A stretch of DNA of 59,238 bases, taken from contig JBKGZS010000001.1 in NCBI GenBank assembly GCA_046543285.1, positions 1-59,238 of the forward strand, written 5' to 3'. Under the pieces are notes generated by a model. It searched no databases. It saw nothing but the letters and a program-made list of their open reading frames with translations, and was not told the DNA's origin. Made by a program: the position numbers and the translations under genes. This DNA is from Candidatus Acetothermia bacterium. GTDB lineage: Bacteria; Bipolaricaulota; Bipolaricaulia; M55B111. Positions 8,786 to 18,268 of the stretch are shown here, piece by piece (the first letter of the stretch is position 1; the number at the start of each line of letters is the position of its first letter).

Positions 8786-9796
8786 CTACAGAAATACTGC
8801 CAGATCGGCCAGGCGGCTGGCATAACCCCATTCGTTGTCGTAGAAGGCGATCAACTTGGCCAGATCGCCCTGAATGAGATCGGTAGAGGTCATATCAACC
8901 AGAGAAGAGTGAGGATTCTTGAGGCAATCCCGGGATACGATAGGGTCGTTGACGTATCCTAAAGCTCCTTCCATCGGCCCTTCAGCGTATTCGACTATTT
9001 TATCTTTCAATTGATCCAGAGTGGTTTCAGTCCCCAGCTTGGCTACGAAATCAGTGACCGAACCGGAAGGGGTCGGAACTCGCATGGCCATTCCGTCCAT
9101 TTTCCCCTTCAGTTCCGGTACCACTTCCGTAGTGGCGGTAGCAGCTCCGGTGGTAGTGGGAACGATGTTCTCCGCTGCCGCTCGACCTCTGCTGGCTTTC
9201 TTCCACTGGTAAGGACCGTCCACGATTAACTGGCTGCTGGTATAGGAGTGAATGGTTGTCAGAAAAGCCTTCTCCACCACGTATTCCTCGTTGAGTAGTT
9301 TCGCCAGAGGAGCCAGACTGTTTGTAGTACAGGAGGCAGCAGAAACTATCTGGTGTTCAGAGGGATTATAGACATCCTCGTTTACCCTCCATACAATCTG
9401 GGGGATCTGATCCTTGCGCTCACCTTTAGGGGGGGCGGAAAGGAGGACCTTGTTTGCCCCGGCTTCCAGATGCCGACTAGCGTCCTCGTACTTACGGAAC
9501 ACTCCGGTCGATTCCAGGACGACCTCCACACCCATATCAGCCCACGGCAGATTCGCGGGATTCTCAGCGTCGAGCAGCGGGAAGCTTTCCCCGTCCACGA
9601 TTAGGCCATCGGAATCGAAGCTCACTTCTCCCTCACATCCTCCGTAAACCGAATCGTAGTTGAGCAGATACGCAGCCTGCTGAGGGCTTTGTTGAATATC
9701 ATTGATCGCCAGTACATCCATATCGTCTTGCTTCAACGCAATTCTAAAAAAAGACCGTCCTATCCGACCGAATCCGTTTATGGCAACTGTTACCAT
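8786..9796 (-). CDS. gap: Type I glyceraldehyde-3-phosphate dehydrogenase
   Basis: INGFGRIGR Rossmann start and active-site SCTTNSLAP. Length 336 aa. Confidence 0.95.
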   Translation of the reverse strand: MVTVAINGFGRIGRSFFRIALKQDDMDVLAINDIQQSPQQAAYLLNYDSVYGGCEGEVSFDSDGLIVDGESFPLLDAENPANLPWADMGVEVVLESTGVFRKYEDASRHLEAGANKVLLSAPPKGERKDQIPQIVWRVNEDVYNPSEHQIVSAASCTTNSLAPLAKLLNEEYVVEKAFLTTIHSYTSSQLIVDGPYQWKKASRGRAAAENIVPTTTGAATATTEVVPELKGKMDGMAMRVPTPSGSVTDFVAKLGTETTLDQLKDKIVEYAEGPMEGALGYVNDPIVSRDCLKNPHSSLVDMTSTDLIQGDLAKLIAFYDNEWGYASRLADLAVFL

Positions 9797-10274
9797 AGGT
9801 TTACCTCCTCGTTAAAATAATGATAATCTAATCTATCCCCTAGGGGGTCGACAATAAAGAACCACCCGGGAGCTCAATTGCCACCTGGTGGTTTTTTTCA
9901 AGGGTTATGATTGAGATTAGGTCTGTCTGCAAAGAAGATCTACGTAAACATTTACATTTAATTATAGCTGACATGGCCCCGATAGCAAATCAACTGCAGC
10001 GTTACGGCTCTAGCAGCTCGGGGTAGAAATCTATCCAATAGCTGAAGTTCGAGCCACCGTTCTCGGACCGATCACCGCCGGAGGGGGGATCGCAGAGGTT
10101 TTGGAGAAGGCTCGCGGTTTACGGGACACAATGGGGAGAGATTAAGATAATTTCCCTCAGGCACAGTTATTCGATCTATGTAGTTCTTGAAACTTGGGAG
10201 AGCACAGTAGCTCTGTCTGGTGTTTCTGGAGAAAAAGCTGCATCGGTGTTTATTTATTTTTCCATAATCGTATA

Positions 10275-10919
10275 ATGACCATTGAACCCATGATGACGAC
10301 AAGAGTCCAAGTAGGCTCGCTCGATACAAATTGCTACATACTGTCTTCGTCCTCTGAAATACTGGTAATCGACCCCGGAGGCGAACCGGAGCGAATCGCC
10401 AAAAAGATCTCTCAAATAGCAAAAGGTGAAGGTTCCGATAGGGAAGTCAAGTACGTGGTTTCGACCCATGGTCACTGGGATCACGTAGGGGCCGTGGATG
10501 AAATCCTGGAGCGTTTCCAGTGCGAGTACCTGGCCGGCGAGAGTCAAGAAAGCCTTCTCAAAGAGTCTGGACACGTACAATCGAAACCCACAAAATGGCT
10601 TTCCGAAGGAGATCACATTCCCCTCGGTTCCCAATCCCTATCAGTGTGGTCTACTCCGGGCCATTCCCCGGGAAGCATTACCCTCCTTGATGACCAGAAT
10701 CACAACCTGTACGTCGGCGATCTCATATTTGCGGGAGGTTTCGGGAGAACTGATCTGCCCGGCGGTTCAGCGGACAAGCTGGAGACATCTATACGTCGGA
10801 TAATCGATCTCGATGTCCGCCAGAAGTGGAAAATATATCCAGGACACGGTCCGGAAACCACCCTGGAAAAGGAAGTAAACCGCTCGCCGTATTTGCAGAA
10901 ACTAGCCGGAAAAAAATGA
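10275..10919 (+). CDS. MBL-fold metallo-hydrolase (glyoxalase II-like)
   Basis: STHGHWDHVGAVDEI (HxHxDH) motif. I place the start at the internal ATG 10275 (MTIEPMM...); the tracked start 10194 adds a non-conserved leader. The stop overlaps the dnaG ATG (ATGA). Confidence 0.8.
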   Translation: MTIEPMMTTRVQVGSLDTNCYILSSSSEILVIDPGGEPERIAKKISQIAKGEGSDREVKYVVSTHGHWDHVGAVDEILERFQCEYLAGESQESLLKESGHVQSKPTKWLSEGDHIPLGSQSLSVWSTPGHSPGSITLLDDQNHNLYVGDLIFAGGFGRTDLPGGSADKLETSIRRIIDLDVRQKWKIYPGHGPETTLEKEVNRSPYLQKLAGKK

Positions 10920-12652
10920 AGCGAGAGCAGATAGATGAAATAAGAACTCGTGTGAACCTCGTCGACGTCATTTCCCGTTACGTGGGGCTCAAGCAAACCG
11001 GAAGCAGCTACAAGGGGATATGCCCCTTTCACGAAGACACCGATCCTTCCCTGACCGTAGATCCGGACAAACAGCTCTGGTATTGCTTCGGATGCGGCGA
11101 AGGAGGGGACGTATTCAAGTTTTTGATGGAAATAGAAAACCTCTCCTTTCCCGAAGCCGCGGCCGAGCTGGGCCGCGAGGTGGGGATAGAGCCCCAGGAC
11201 AAGTCCGGATCCAAGGCCGGATCCAGACTGGAAAAGTTAAACGAGGAAGTGGCAGAATACTTCCACAAAAACCTCCTTCGAAAGGGCGTGGGCAGAAAAG
11301 CCAGAAACTACCTGGACCGAAGAGGTTACGGAGAAGAAGTAATCCGAAGATTTCAGCTCGGCTTCTCTTTGCCCGAATGGCAATCCCTGACCAACAAGTT
11401 TGGAGCGAAGTACAGCAAAGAACTTCTGAAAAAAGGAGGACTCATAAAGGAATCCAAGGGAGGGCGGATCTACGACAGATTTAGAGGCCGGCTGATGTTC
11501 CCCATAAAGACCCCGACGGGAAAGACCATCGCTTTCGGGGGACGGAAATTGGAACCTTCACAGAAAGGACCGAAGTACCTGAACTCTCCCAATACACCTC
11601 TCTTTCACAAAGGGAGTACTCTTTACGGACTGGACATTGCCAGACCAGAAATCACCAAATCCGGCCAAGCAATTCTGGTCGAAGGCTATACGGATACCAT
11701 TGCCCCGCAAAGCAAAGGAATCGCCAATACTGTAGCGAGTCTGGGAACATCCCTGACCGAAGATCAGGCCCGGCTCCTGCAGAGATTCGCTGAAGAGATC
11801 GTCATCGCTTACGATAGAGACCAGGCCGGAGAAGCGGCTACTTTGAAAGGCATGCGTCTACTCAGAAATCAGGGCCTCCGGGTCAAGATAGCAAACCTTC
11901 CTCCAGACAAGGATCCCGCCGATTTGATAGAGGAAGGCGGCATCCAGCCTTTGAAAACTGCTATAGAGGAAGCCATCCCTTTTTACAAATTTTACCTAGA
12001 AGTACTGGAGAATCGCCACGACCTGAACACAGTCGAGGGTAGGGAAAGGGCTCTGAACCAGAGCGTCGACTTTCTTCGCAATCTGGAAAGCCCGCCCCTC
12101 AGATCAGAACTGATCGGGGAGCTTAAAGATATGCTGCAGGTTCCTGAGGAAGAGCTGGAGCGGAGGAGTCAACCCTCAGCCGAACTTTCTCCACCCGATA
12201 GACCAGAGATCCAACACACCCAGCAAGATCTATCACCTGATGAGTGGCTAATCCACCTCCTCATCGAAGACCGCATCCCCCTTGAACAAGTCCACCAGGC
12301 GGGAATTATTGATGAGCTAGAAGAAGGATATAGACAAATCGTCCAGAAACTTGATCGGTCGGAAGGAGATTCCCTCGAACTCCAAAAGTTACTCCGAGAG
12401 CTGGATGAAGCCAAAAGCAACAGGTTGGCCAGGATATCGATGGCCGATATTTCCCGCGATCCAAAACTTGTGGAAAAAATCTTTTCCGATGTGGTAAAGA
12501 AGCTCAAAATCCGGAAAAGAAAGAAGAAAAAGGCGACCCTGAAAGCAAAGCTGCAAAACCTGCTCGAAGAAGGGGCGAGCAGAGAAAAGCTTGAGCGCGT
12601 GCAGTCCGAAATTCTCAAGCAGACAAAAAAATTACAAGAGGAGGTGGATTGA
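10916..12652 (+). CDS. dnaG: DNA primase
   Basis: Zinc finger [40 protein letters not shown] region ILVEGYTD...[12 protein letters not shown] place the start at ATG 10916 (MKREQIDEI). Confidence 0.9.
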   Translation: MKREQIDEIRTRVNLVDVISRYVGLKQTGSSYKGICPFHEDTDPSLTVDPDKQLWYCFGCGEGGDVFKFLMEIENLSFPEAAAELGREVGIEPQDKSGSKAGSRLEKLNEEVAEYFHKNLLRKGVGRKARNYLDRRGYGEEVIRRFQLGFSLPEWQSLTNKFGAKYSKELLKKGGLIKESKGGRIYDRFRGRLMFPIKTPTGKTIAFGGRKLEPSQKGPKYLNSPNTPLFHKGSTLYGLDIARPEITKSGQAILVEGYTDTIAPQSKGIANTVASLGTSLTEDQARLLQRFAEEIVIAYDRDQAGEAATLKGMRLLRNQGLRVKIANLPPDKDPADLIEEGGIQPLKTAIEEAIPFYKFYLEVLENRHDLNTVEGRERALNQSVDFLRNLESPPLRSELIGELKDMLQVPEEELERRSQPSAELSPPDRPEIQHTQQDLSPDEWLIHLLIEDRIPLEQVHQAGIIDELEEGYRQIVQKLDRSEGDSLELQKLLRELDEAKSNRLARISMADISRDPKLVEKIFSDVVKKLKIRKRKKKKATLKAKLQNLLEEGASREKLERVQSEILKQTKKLQEEVD

Positions 12653-13608
12653 TGGGAAATGACAACGGAAGAGGTGACTTATACGACTTTCCTGGTTCAA
12701 AAGAAGTGGATTCAAACCCAGAACTGCCTGAGGGACGAGAAGAGGTAACCGCAAAATCCAAATCTTCCGAAGACCCGGTACAAATTTATCTGCAGGAAAT
12801 TGGTAAAGTTCCCCTGCTGAGCCGCGAGGAGGAGGTGGAACTGGCCAAAAGGGTCGAGCAGGGAGACGAAGAGGCCCGGCAGAAATTGATCGAAGCGAAT
12901 CTGAGACTGGTGGTGAGCATAGCAAAAAAATACGTGGGACGGGGCCTGTCCTTCCTGGACTTGATCCAGGAGGGGAACATCGGTTTGATGAAGACCATCG
13001 ACAAGTTCGATTACCGCAAGGGGTTCAAATTCAGCACTTACGCCACCTGGTGGATTAGACAGTCCATTACCAGAGCAATAGCCGACCAATCCAGAACGGT
13101 CAGGATACCGGTTCACATGATCAAAACCCTCCGTGAATTAAAGGAAAAACGAAGCGAGTACGAACAGGAGCACGGAGAACCTCCCTCTCGAGAAAAGCTG
13201 GCCGAGCTGATGGGAACTTCCGAGGAGAGAATCCGCCGCTTCGAAAACATTTCCCAGTACACTACCTCCCTGGAACGACCCATCGGAGACGACGATAACG
13301 ACACCCTGGCCGATTTTATCGAAGACGAGGGGGCTCCCTCACCGGCAGAGGAGTCTTATCGGGAATTTCTGCAGGAAGAACTGGACGAAGCTCTGAGCAA
13401 CTTGACAGAAAGGGAAAAGAAAATAGTCGAGTTGCGCTACGGCTTGAAAGATAGCCACCCGAGAACATTAAAGGAGGTCGCTCAGGTATTCAACATAACC
13501 AGGGAAAGGGTTCGGCAAATAGAAATAAAAGCAATCGAAAAACTGAAACACCCTAAGCTGCAGGAAAATCTGCGCAAGTTTCGCGAACTGTTAAAAAGCG
13601 AAAGATAG
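12652..13608 (+). CDS. rpoD: RNA polymerase sigma factor, sigma-70 family group 1-like (compact, ~318 aa)
   Basis: Region 2 ([54 protein letters not shown]). Region 4 ([28 protein letters not shown]). GAGGAGG upstream. The ATG overlaps the dnaG stop by 1 nt. Confidence 0.9.
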   Translation: MGNDNGRGDLYDFPGSKEVDSNPELPEGREEVTAKSKSSEDPVQIYLQEIGKVPLLSREEEVELAKRVEQGDEEARQKLIEANLRLVVSIAKKYVGRGLSFLDLIQEGNIGLMKTIDKFDYRKGFKFSTYATWWIRQSITRAIADQSRTVRIPVHMIKTLRELKEKRSEYEQEHGEPPSREKLAELMGTSEERIRRFENISQYTTSLERPIGDDDNDTLADFIEDEGAPSPAEESYREFLQEELDEALSNLTEREKKIVELRYGLKDSHPRTLKEVAQVFNITRERVRQIEIKAIEKLKHPKLQENLRKFRELLKSER

Positions 13609-13630
13609 GGGTCGGGAGCGGGAATCAACC

Positions 13631-14221
13631 CTAAGATAGTTCCTTTAAGGCCCGCTGGATTAATTCCTGCACTTCCAGATCCCGATCCTCACCCTGTACG
13701 CTGGAAAGCGCTTCCCTGGCTTCCATTCTGCTGAATCCCAGCGAGTCAGAGGTCAAAGCCTGCAGAGCCAGCCCTACTCGGCTCTTGCCTTCGACTCCGG
13801 CCCCGTCCGCCACCTCAATTTCCGGAATCTTATCTTTAAGTTCCAGGATCAACCTGCGGGCAGTCTTCTTCCCCACTCCCTTTATGGAGGTCAAAATCTG
13901 AACCTCTTCATTCACCACCGCTTCCCTAAATTCCTCTTCCCTCATCGAGGAGAGAATTCGAAGTGCCGTCTTGGGTCCGATTCTGGAAACACCGAGGATC
14001 AATCTGAACAGCTCTCTCTCCTGGGGATGGGCGAAGCCGTAGAGACTCAGGTCGTCCTCCTTGACCTCCAGATGAACGAATAATCTGGCCTCTCCTTCCA
14101 CGTCGGGCAGGCTGCTAACGGCTGCCTGAGAGGGACGAATGGAAAAACCTATCCCTTCGTTTTCAATTACCACTCGATCCTGATCTACGGTAACCAGCCG
14201 GCCCGAGATATAATCGTACAT
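13631..14221 (-). CDS. ruvA: Holliday junction branch migration complex subunit RuvA
   Basis: MYDYISGRLV...GIGF.I...LFVHLEVKEDDLSLYGF...LILGVSRIGPKTALRILS pattern. HhH motifs (IKGVGKKTARRLILELK). Confidence 0.9.
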   Translation of the reverse strand: MYDYISGRLVTVDQDRVVIENEGIGFSIRPSQAAVSSLPDVEGEARLFVHLEVKEDDLSLYGFAHPQERELFRLILGVSRIGPKTALRILSSMREEEFREAVVNEEVQILTSIKGVGKKTARRLILELKDKIPEIEVADGAGVEGKSRVGLALQALTSDSLGFSRMEAREALSSVQGEDRDLEVQELIQRALKELS

Positions 14222-14422
14222 AATGGAAATACACCTCTGCGGAGCGGAGTATCCGTTCCAGCCTGACAGGGGGTCCCCTATTAGGGAACTGCTCTTAATT
14301 TTCCCATGGGCGGGATCGGTGGAATCTAATATGTTATAAGGCGGTGAGCAGTCGAGAGCAACCCGCGCGCTCGGCCGGGGAGAGACGGTGTTTTTGGAAA
14401 AAGACTGCGTTACGAACCGAGA

Positions 14423-15043
14423 CTAACCTTGGTCGTGATCCAACTTTCGCACCGTGGCCTCTCCAGACGTCGCCTCCGCCAGCTGTCTTTTCAGTTTGTC
14501 AGTCTGGGAGCGAGGGACGGTGATGTGGGCCACTGGACCTTCTCCGTAATGTATTTCCTCCAGCCGGATATTGAAGGAGTCCAACAGCGCCATGACCGAG
14601 CCCGTTGCGTGGTAGGGGTAGGAGATCTGAAGGGATTCCGTTCGGTGTCGCCAGATAATCCTCCCCCTTTCCAAGACTTCTCTGGTCGCATCCCCGTAAG
14701 CTCTGACCAGACCACCAGTTCCCAACTCTGTGCCCCCAAAATACCGTGCCACGCAGACTGCCACGTTGTATAAGTTCCGGCCCTCTATTACGTTCAAGAT
14801 TGGTTCTCCGGCGGTCCCCGAAGGCTCGCCGTCGTTATCGTAGTTGGCTCGCCCCGCCCCGTCGACGATAATGTGCCAGGCGAAAGGTAAGTGGGTGGCA
14901 TCCGAGAATTCATCCCCGATCTCTTCCAATCTAACCTGAACAGCGCGGAGGTCAGAGGCCGAAAATCCGACCCCGACGAACTTGGACCCCTTCTTTCGAA
15001 TTTCGCTCCGGGACTCGCCGGCAAGTGTCTTGTATCTATTCAT
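14423..15043 (-). CDS. YigZ / IMPACT-family protein (UPF0029)
   Basis: KGSKFVGVGF...DATHLPFAWH...DDGEPSGTAGEPIL...VARYFGGTELGTGGLVRAYG signature. Confidence 0.8.
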   Translation of the reverse strand: MNRYKTLAGESRSEIRKKGSKFVGVGFSASDLRAVQVRLEEIGDEFSDATHLPFAWHIIVDGAGRANYDNDGEPSGTAGEPILNVIEGRNLYNVAVCVARYFGGTELGTGGLVRAYGDATREVLERGRIIWRHRTESLQISYPYHATGSVMALLDSFNIRLEEIHYGEGPVAHITVPRSQTDKLKRQLAEATSGEATVRKLDHDQG

Positions 15044-15293
15044 AGGTCAAGGTCGGGTGTGAAAGAGCTCCAGTCAATCGTCGACTATCTCAAGGTAGAT
15101 TAACTCTAAAATTATAGGAAAATAAAGGGCCAAAAGAAATTCAAGGGCACCCGCACCGTATCACGATGGTTTTCAGCATGGTCCGAACTCTTTTTCAAAC
15201 GACCAGGTTGCAGGAACTCTCCAGGGAAAGTATAGTCTAGTTGATTTCTAAGAAACCTCAACCCAACCAGGTTTTCAGAGCTCACGCATCAGG

Positions 15294-16187
15294 GTGAAAA
15301 GCCTCGTGGACGAAAAAGAAGCCCTCAATTGGTTATATGACAGATTTCCCGTGGGAGACGATTGTTTCATCCTGCCCGTCGACAATCGCAACCTACTCCT
15401 GACCATCGACATGCTCCATCAGGAGACCGATTTCCCTTCCGGGTTGAGCGATTATGCCGCGGGGTGGCGATCTGTAGCGGTAAGTCTATCCGATATCGCG
15501 GCCATGGGAGGAAAACCCCTGTCGCTGCTGATGGCTTATGGGGCCCCCAGGTTTGATAAAGAAAAGCTGGAAAGTTTTTTAAGCGGCAGCCGAGATCTCT
15601 GTCAATCCTTTAACATCGATTTAAACGGGGGCGACCTGGACCACCACTCGGAATTGACAGTGGTTACGGCGGCAGTGGGCGAAGCGACGACTCCCGTCAG
15701 AAGGAGCGGAGCCAATCCTGGCGAGCTGGTGGGAGTGACGGGCAAACTGGGGCGAACTGGAGCAGCTCTGGCCTACTTCAACCAAGGAAACAATAAGGAC
15801 GGAGATCGTCTCTTCCGGTTTGAGCCACGGATAGAAGAAGGGCAGCGACTGGCAGAGTTTGCCACCTCCATGATCGACGTCAGCGATGGTCTGGCTCGAT
15901 CCTTGCATCAACTGGCGGAAATTAACGACGTGGGGTTCCAGATCGAGTACGAGAGAATTCCCCTGCTCGACGAACTGGATCAGGTCGCGGATACGGCCGA
16001 GGAGAAAAGAAAACTGGGGCTCTATACCGGCGAGGACTTTGAACTGCTTTTTACAGCACCTGCAGAAGCAAAGTTCCAGATAGCTCGAGGCGGAGGGACC
16101 GTGATCGGAGAAGTCACCAAAGGCGAGGTACTGCTCCAGTTTGGCAACCAGGTCAGTGAACTGGAGGATCGTGGTTATGTCCACTGA
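15294..16187 (+). CDS. thiL: Thiamine-monophosphate kinase
   Basis: PurM-fold with ThiL-type boxes: VGDDCFIL, LLLTIDMLHQETDFP, AGWRSVAVSLSDIAAMGGKP, MIDVSDGLARSL. GTG start. Confidence 0.8.
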   Translation: MKSLVDEKEALNWLYDRFPVGDDCFILPVDNRNLLLTIDMLHQETDFPSGLSDYAAGWRSVAVSLSDIAAMGGKPLSLLMAYGAPRFDKEKLESFLSGSRDLCQSFNIDLNGGDLDHHSELTVVTAAVGEATTPVRRSGANPGELVGVTGKLGRTGAALAYFNQGNNKDGDRLFRFEPRIEEGQRLAEFATSMIDVSDGLARSLHQLAEINDVGFQIEYERIPLLDELDQVADTAEEKRKLGLYTGEDFELLFTAPAEAKFQIARGGGTVIGEVTKGEVLLQFGNQVSELEDRGYVH

Positions 16188-17211
16188 GAAGCCCCATCTG
16201 GGAAAATTAGACCGGAAGACCTTCGAGAGGATTATTGCTCCCCACCTGGGCTCCAGCAAAGGGCTCCTGCGCCCCCCTACCTACGGCAACGATTTTACTG
16301 CCGTAGAGATCGGCCCCGATCTAACACTGGTGCTTTCCTCCGATCCCCTGTCCATCAGTCCTCAATTAGGATGGAAACGCTCGGGTCGGCTGGCGCTTCA
16401 GGTAATCGGTGTCGACGTAGCCATAAGCGGGATTCATCCCCGCTACATTTCGGTAAACTGGAATCTTCCCCCTTCTCTGGAGGACCAACAATTCCTGAGC
16501 ACCTGGGAGGAGTTCGTTGCCGAGGCAGAAAGGGAAGGAATTACCATCGCCGGTGGTCATACCGGTCGTTATCAAGGCTGTGAATTCCCAATGGTAGGAG
16601 CCGCAACCGCTTTCGGAGTGGGAAAGAAAGAGGACCTGCTCCCCGCCGGCAAACTGCAGGGGGGAGATAAAATCCTGCTGGTCAACGAACCTGGACTGGA
16701 AGCCGCGGCGGTCCTGGCCCTGTATTATCCTTCCTACTTAAAGCGGCATTTCGAAAACCACATGAAAAGGCAACTGGTGAGGAAGTTCGACGCTCTTCAA
16801 CCCATCGGAGACATGAAAAGACTGGCCGCCGTACCGGGAATACTGAGAATCCACGATCTGGGAGAAGGCGGTCTTTTGGGAGGCCTGCAGGAAGTCCTGG
16901 CCCCCTTTGCCCTCGGAGCGAGGATAGCTGAAGAAAGAGTCCGTCTGGATCCTGGAGTGGAAAAGCTTTGCCGACATCTCAACCTGGACCCTCTCAAGAT
17001 CACCAGCCTCGGAGCGGCAATTGCCCTGTGCCGACCTGCAGAAGCAGATAAAGTCAGAAGAGGGGCCCGAGAGGCGGGGTTACAACCCGAAGTCATCGGA
17101 GAAATAACGACCAGGGAGGAGATTGAAATCCGAGGCAGGAAAAAGACGGTCAAGCTGACCCGCCCAGTAGGCGATCCGTTCTGGGACAAGCTGGAAGAGC
17201 TGGGAAATTAG
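16177..17211 (+). CDS. AIR-synthase-related (PurM/HypE/ThiL superfamily) protein, unknown substrate
   Basis: GNDFTAVEIG...VLSSDPLSI...GVDVAISGIHPRY and HDLGEGGLLGGLQE boxes. I place the start at ATG 16177 (MSTEKPHLGKL), overlapping the thiL stop by 11 nt. Confidence 0.65.
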   Translation: MSTEKPHLGKLDRKTFERIIAPHLGSSKGLLRPPTYGNDFTAVEIGPDLTLVLSSDPLSISPQLGWKRSGRLALQVIGVDVAISGIHPRYISVNWNLPPSLEDQQFLSTWEEFVAEAEREGITIAGGHTGRYQGCEFPMVGAATAFGVGKKEDLLPAGKLQGGDKILLVNEPGLEAAAVLALYYPSYLKRHFENHMKRQLVRKFDALQPIGDMKRLAAVPGILRIHDLGEGGLLGGLQEVLAPFALGARIAEERVRLDPGVEKLCRHLNLDPLKITSLGAAIALCRPAEADKVRRGAREAGLQPEVIGEITTREEIEIRGRKKTVKLTRPVGDPFWDKLEELGN

Positions 17212-17488
17212 GTTTAGAGCCAGCGAGTGTTTACAGTTCGAAGTTCATAGTTCAAAGCTGAAAAACAAAAAACGAGGACAAACGGCTTGGTTAGAAGTTA
17301 GATGTTTACTGTTTATCCAAGGTCGAAAACTCGACAGCCCCCAGATGAACGATCAGGCACAGAAGGTCAAGTGACGCCGTCCGGGCACGGTGAACCGGGT
17401 TGCTGCCTTTCTGACATTGGACATTGGACTCTGGACAAGTAGTCAACTTTGTATTCAGAGCCTGAAACCCCAAACTCAAAACAGAAGC

Positions 17489-18268
17489 TCAAACAGTTGA
17501 CAAATCGCCCTCCCTCTGCATTAGATTCTCCACCAGCTGATTCTTGAGCTCCACGAGCTCGGGATCGGCCCGGCTCCGGGGTCGGGATTTGGAGACTTCG
17601 ACCTCGTCGATAATGGTTCCCGGCCGGACGCTCATCACGTGGACTCGATCGCTGAGCAGCAGGGCTTCTTCGATGTCATGGGTCACAAAGAGGATGGTAG
17701 GTTGCAGCTCTCGCCAGACATCTATCAACCACTCCTGCATCCGACCGCGGGTAAGCGCGTCCAGAGATCCGAAGGGTTCGTCCAGGGCCATCAAATCTTT
17801 CCCGATGAGTACCGTACGAAGCAGAGCGGCCCGCTGCCTCATCCCTCCGGAAAGCTCCCCTGGTCTTGCATTTTCAAACCCCTCCAGGCCGAATAAAGGA
17901 AGAAGTTCCCTGGCTCGTCTTTTGGCCTCGGTTATCGACCTTCCCTCCACCTCCGCTCCCAGGACCACGTTTTCCAGCATGGTCCGCCAGGGAAACAGCA
18001 GATCCCGCTGGGGCATGTAAGCTATATGTCCCCGCTGGCCGGTAATTTCGCGACCCTCGAGCAAGATGTGTCCCGAGGTGGGCGAGATCAATCCCGCCAA
18101 CAGATCGAAGAAAGTGCTTTTTCCACATCCACTGGGACCGATCAAGGAAACAAATCTTCCCCTCTTTACGGACAGCTCAATCTTCCGCAAAACGGGCAGC
18201 CTATCTCCATCCTCCCCAAAATGGTGAGCTAGCTTCCTGACCCTCAAATATTCGTTATTGCTCTTCAT
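17489..18268 (-). CDS. thiZ: ABC transporter ATP-binding protein (NitT/TauT family; ThiZ-like)
   Basis: Walker A GPSGCGKST, signature LSGGMRQR, Walker B LMALDEPFGSLD. I place the start at ATG 18268 (MKSNNEYL), overlapping the upstream gene by 14 nt. The symbol rests on operon context behind a TPP riboswitch. Confidence 0.8.
   Translation of the reverse strand: MKSNNEYLRVRKLAHHFGEDGDRLPVLRKIELSVKRGRFVSLIGPSGCGKSTFFDLLAGLISPTSGHILLEGREITGQRGHIAYMPQRDLLFPWRTMLENVVLGAEVEGRSITEAKRRARELLPLFGLEGFENARPGELSGGMRQRAALLRTVLIGKDLMALDEPFGSLDALTRGRMQEWLIDVWRELQPTILFVTHDIEEALLLSDRVHVMSVRPGTIIDEVEVSKSRPRSRADPELVELKNQLVENLMQREGDLSTV

Noticed and set aside
15621-16259. 212-aa minus-strand ORF
   Set aside because: It is antisense to thiL, which has clear PurM/ThiL boxes. 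Shadow ORF.
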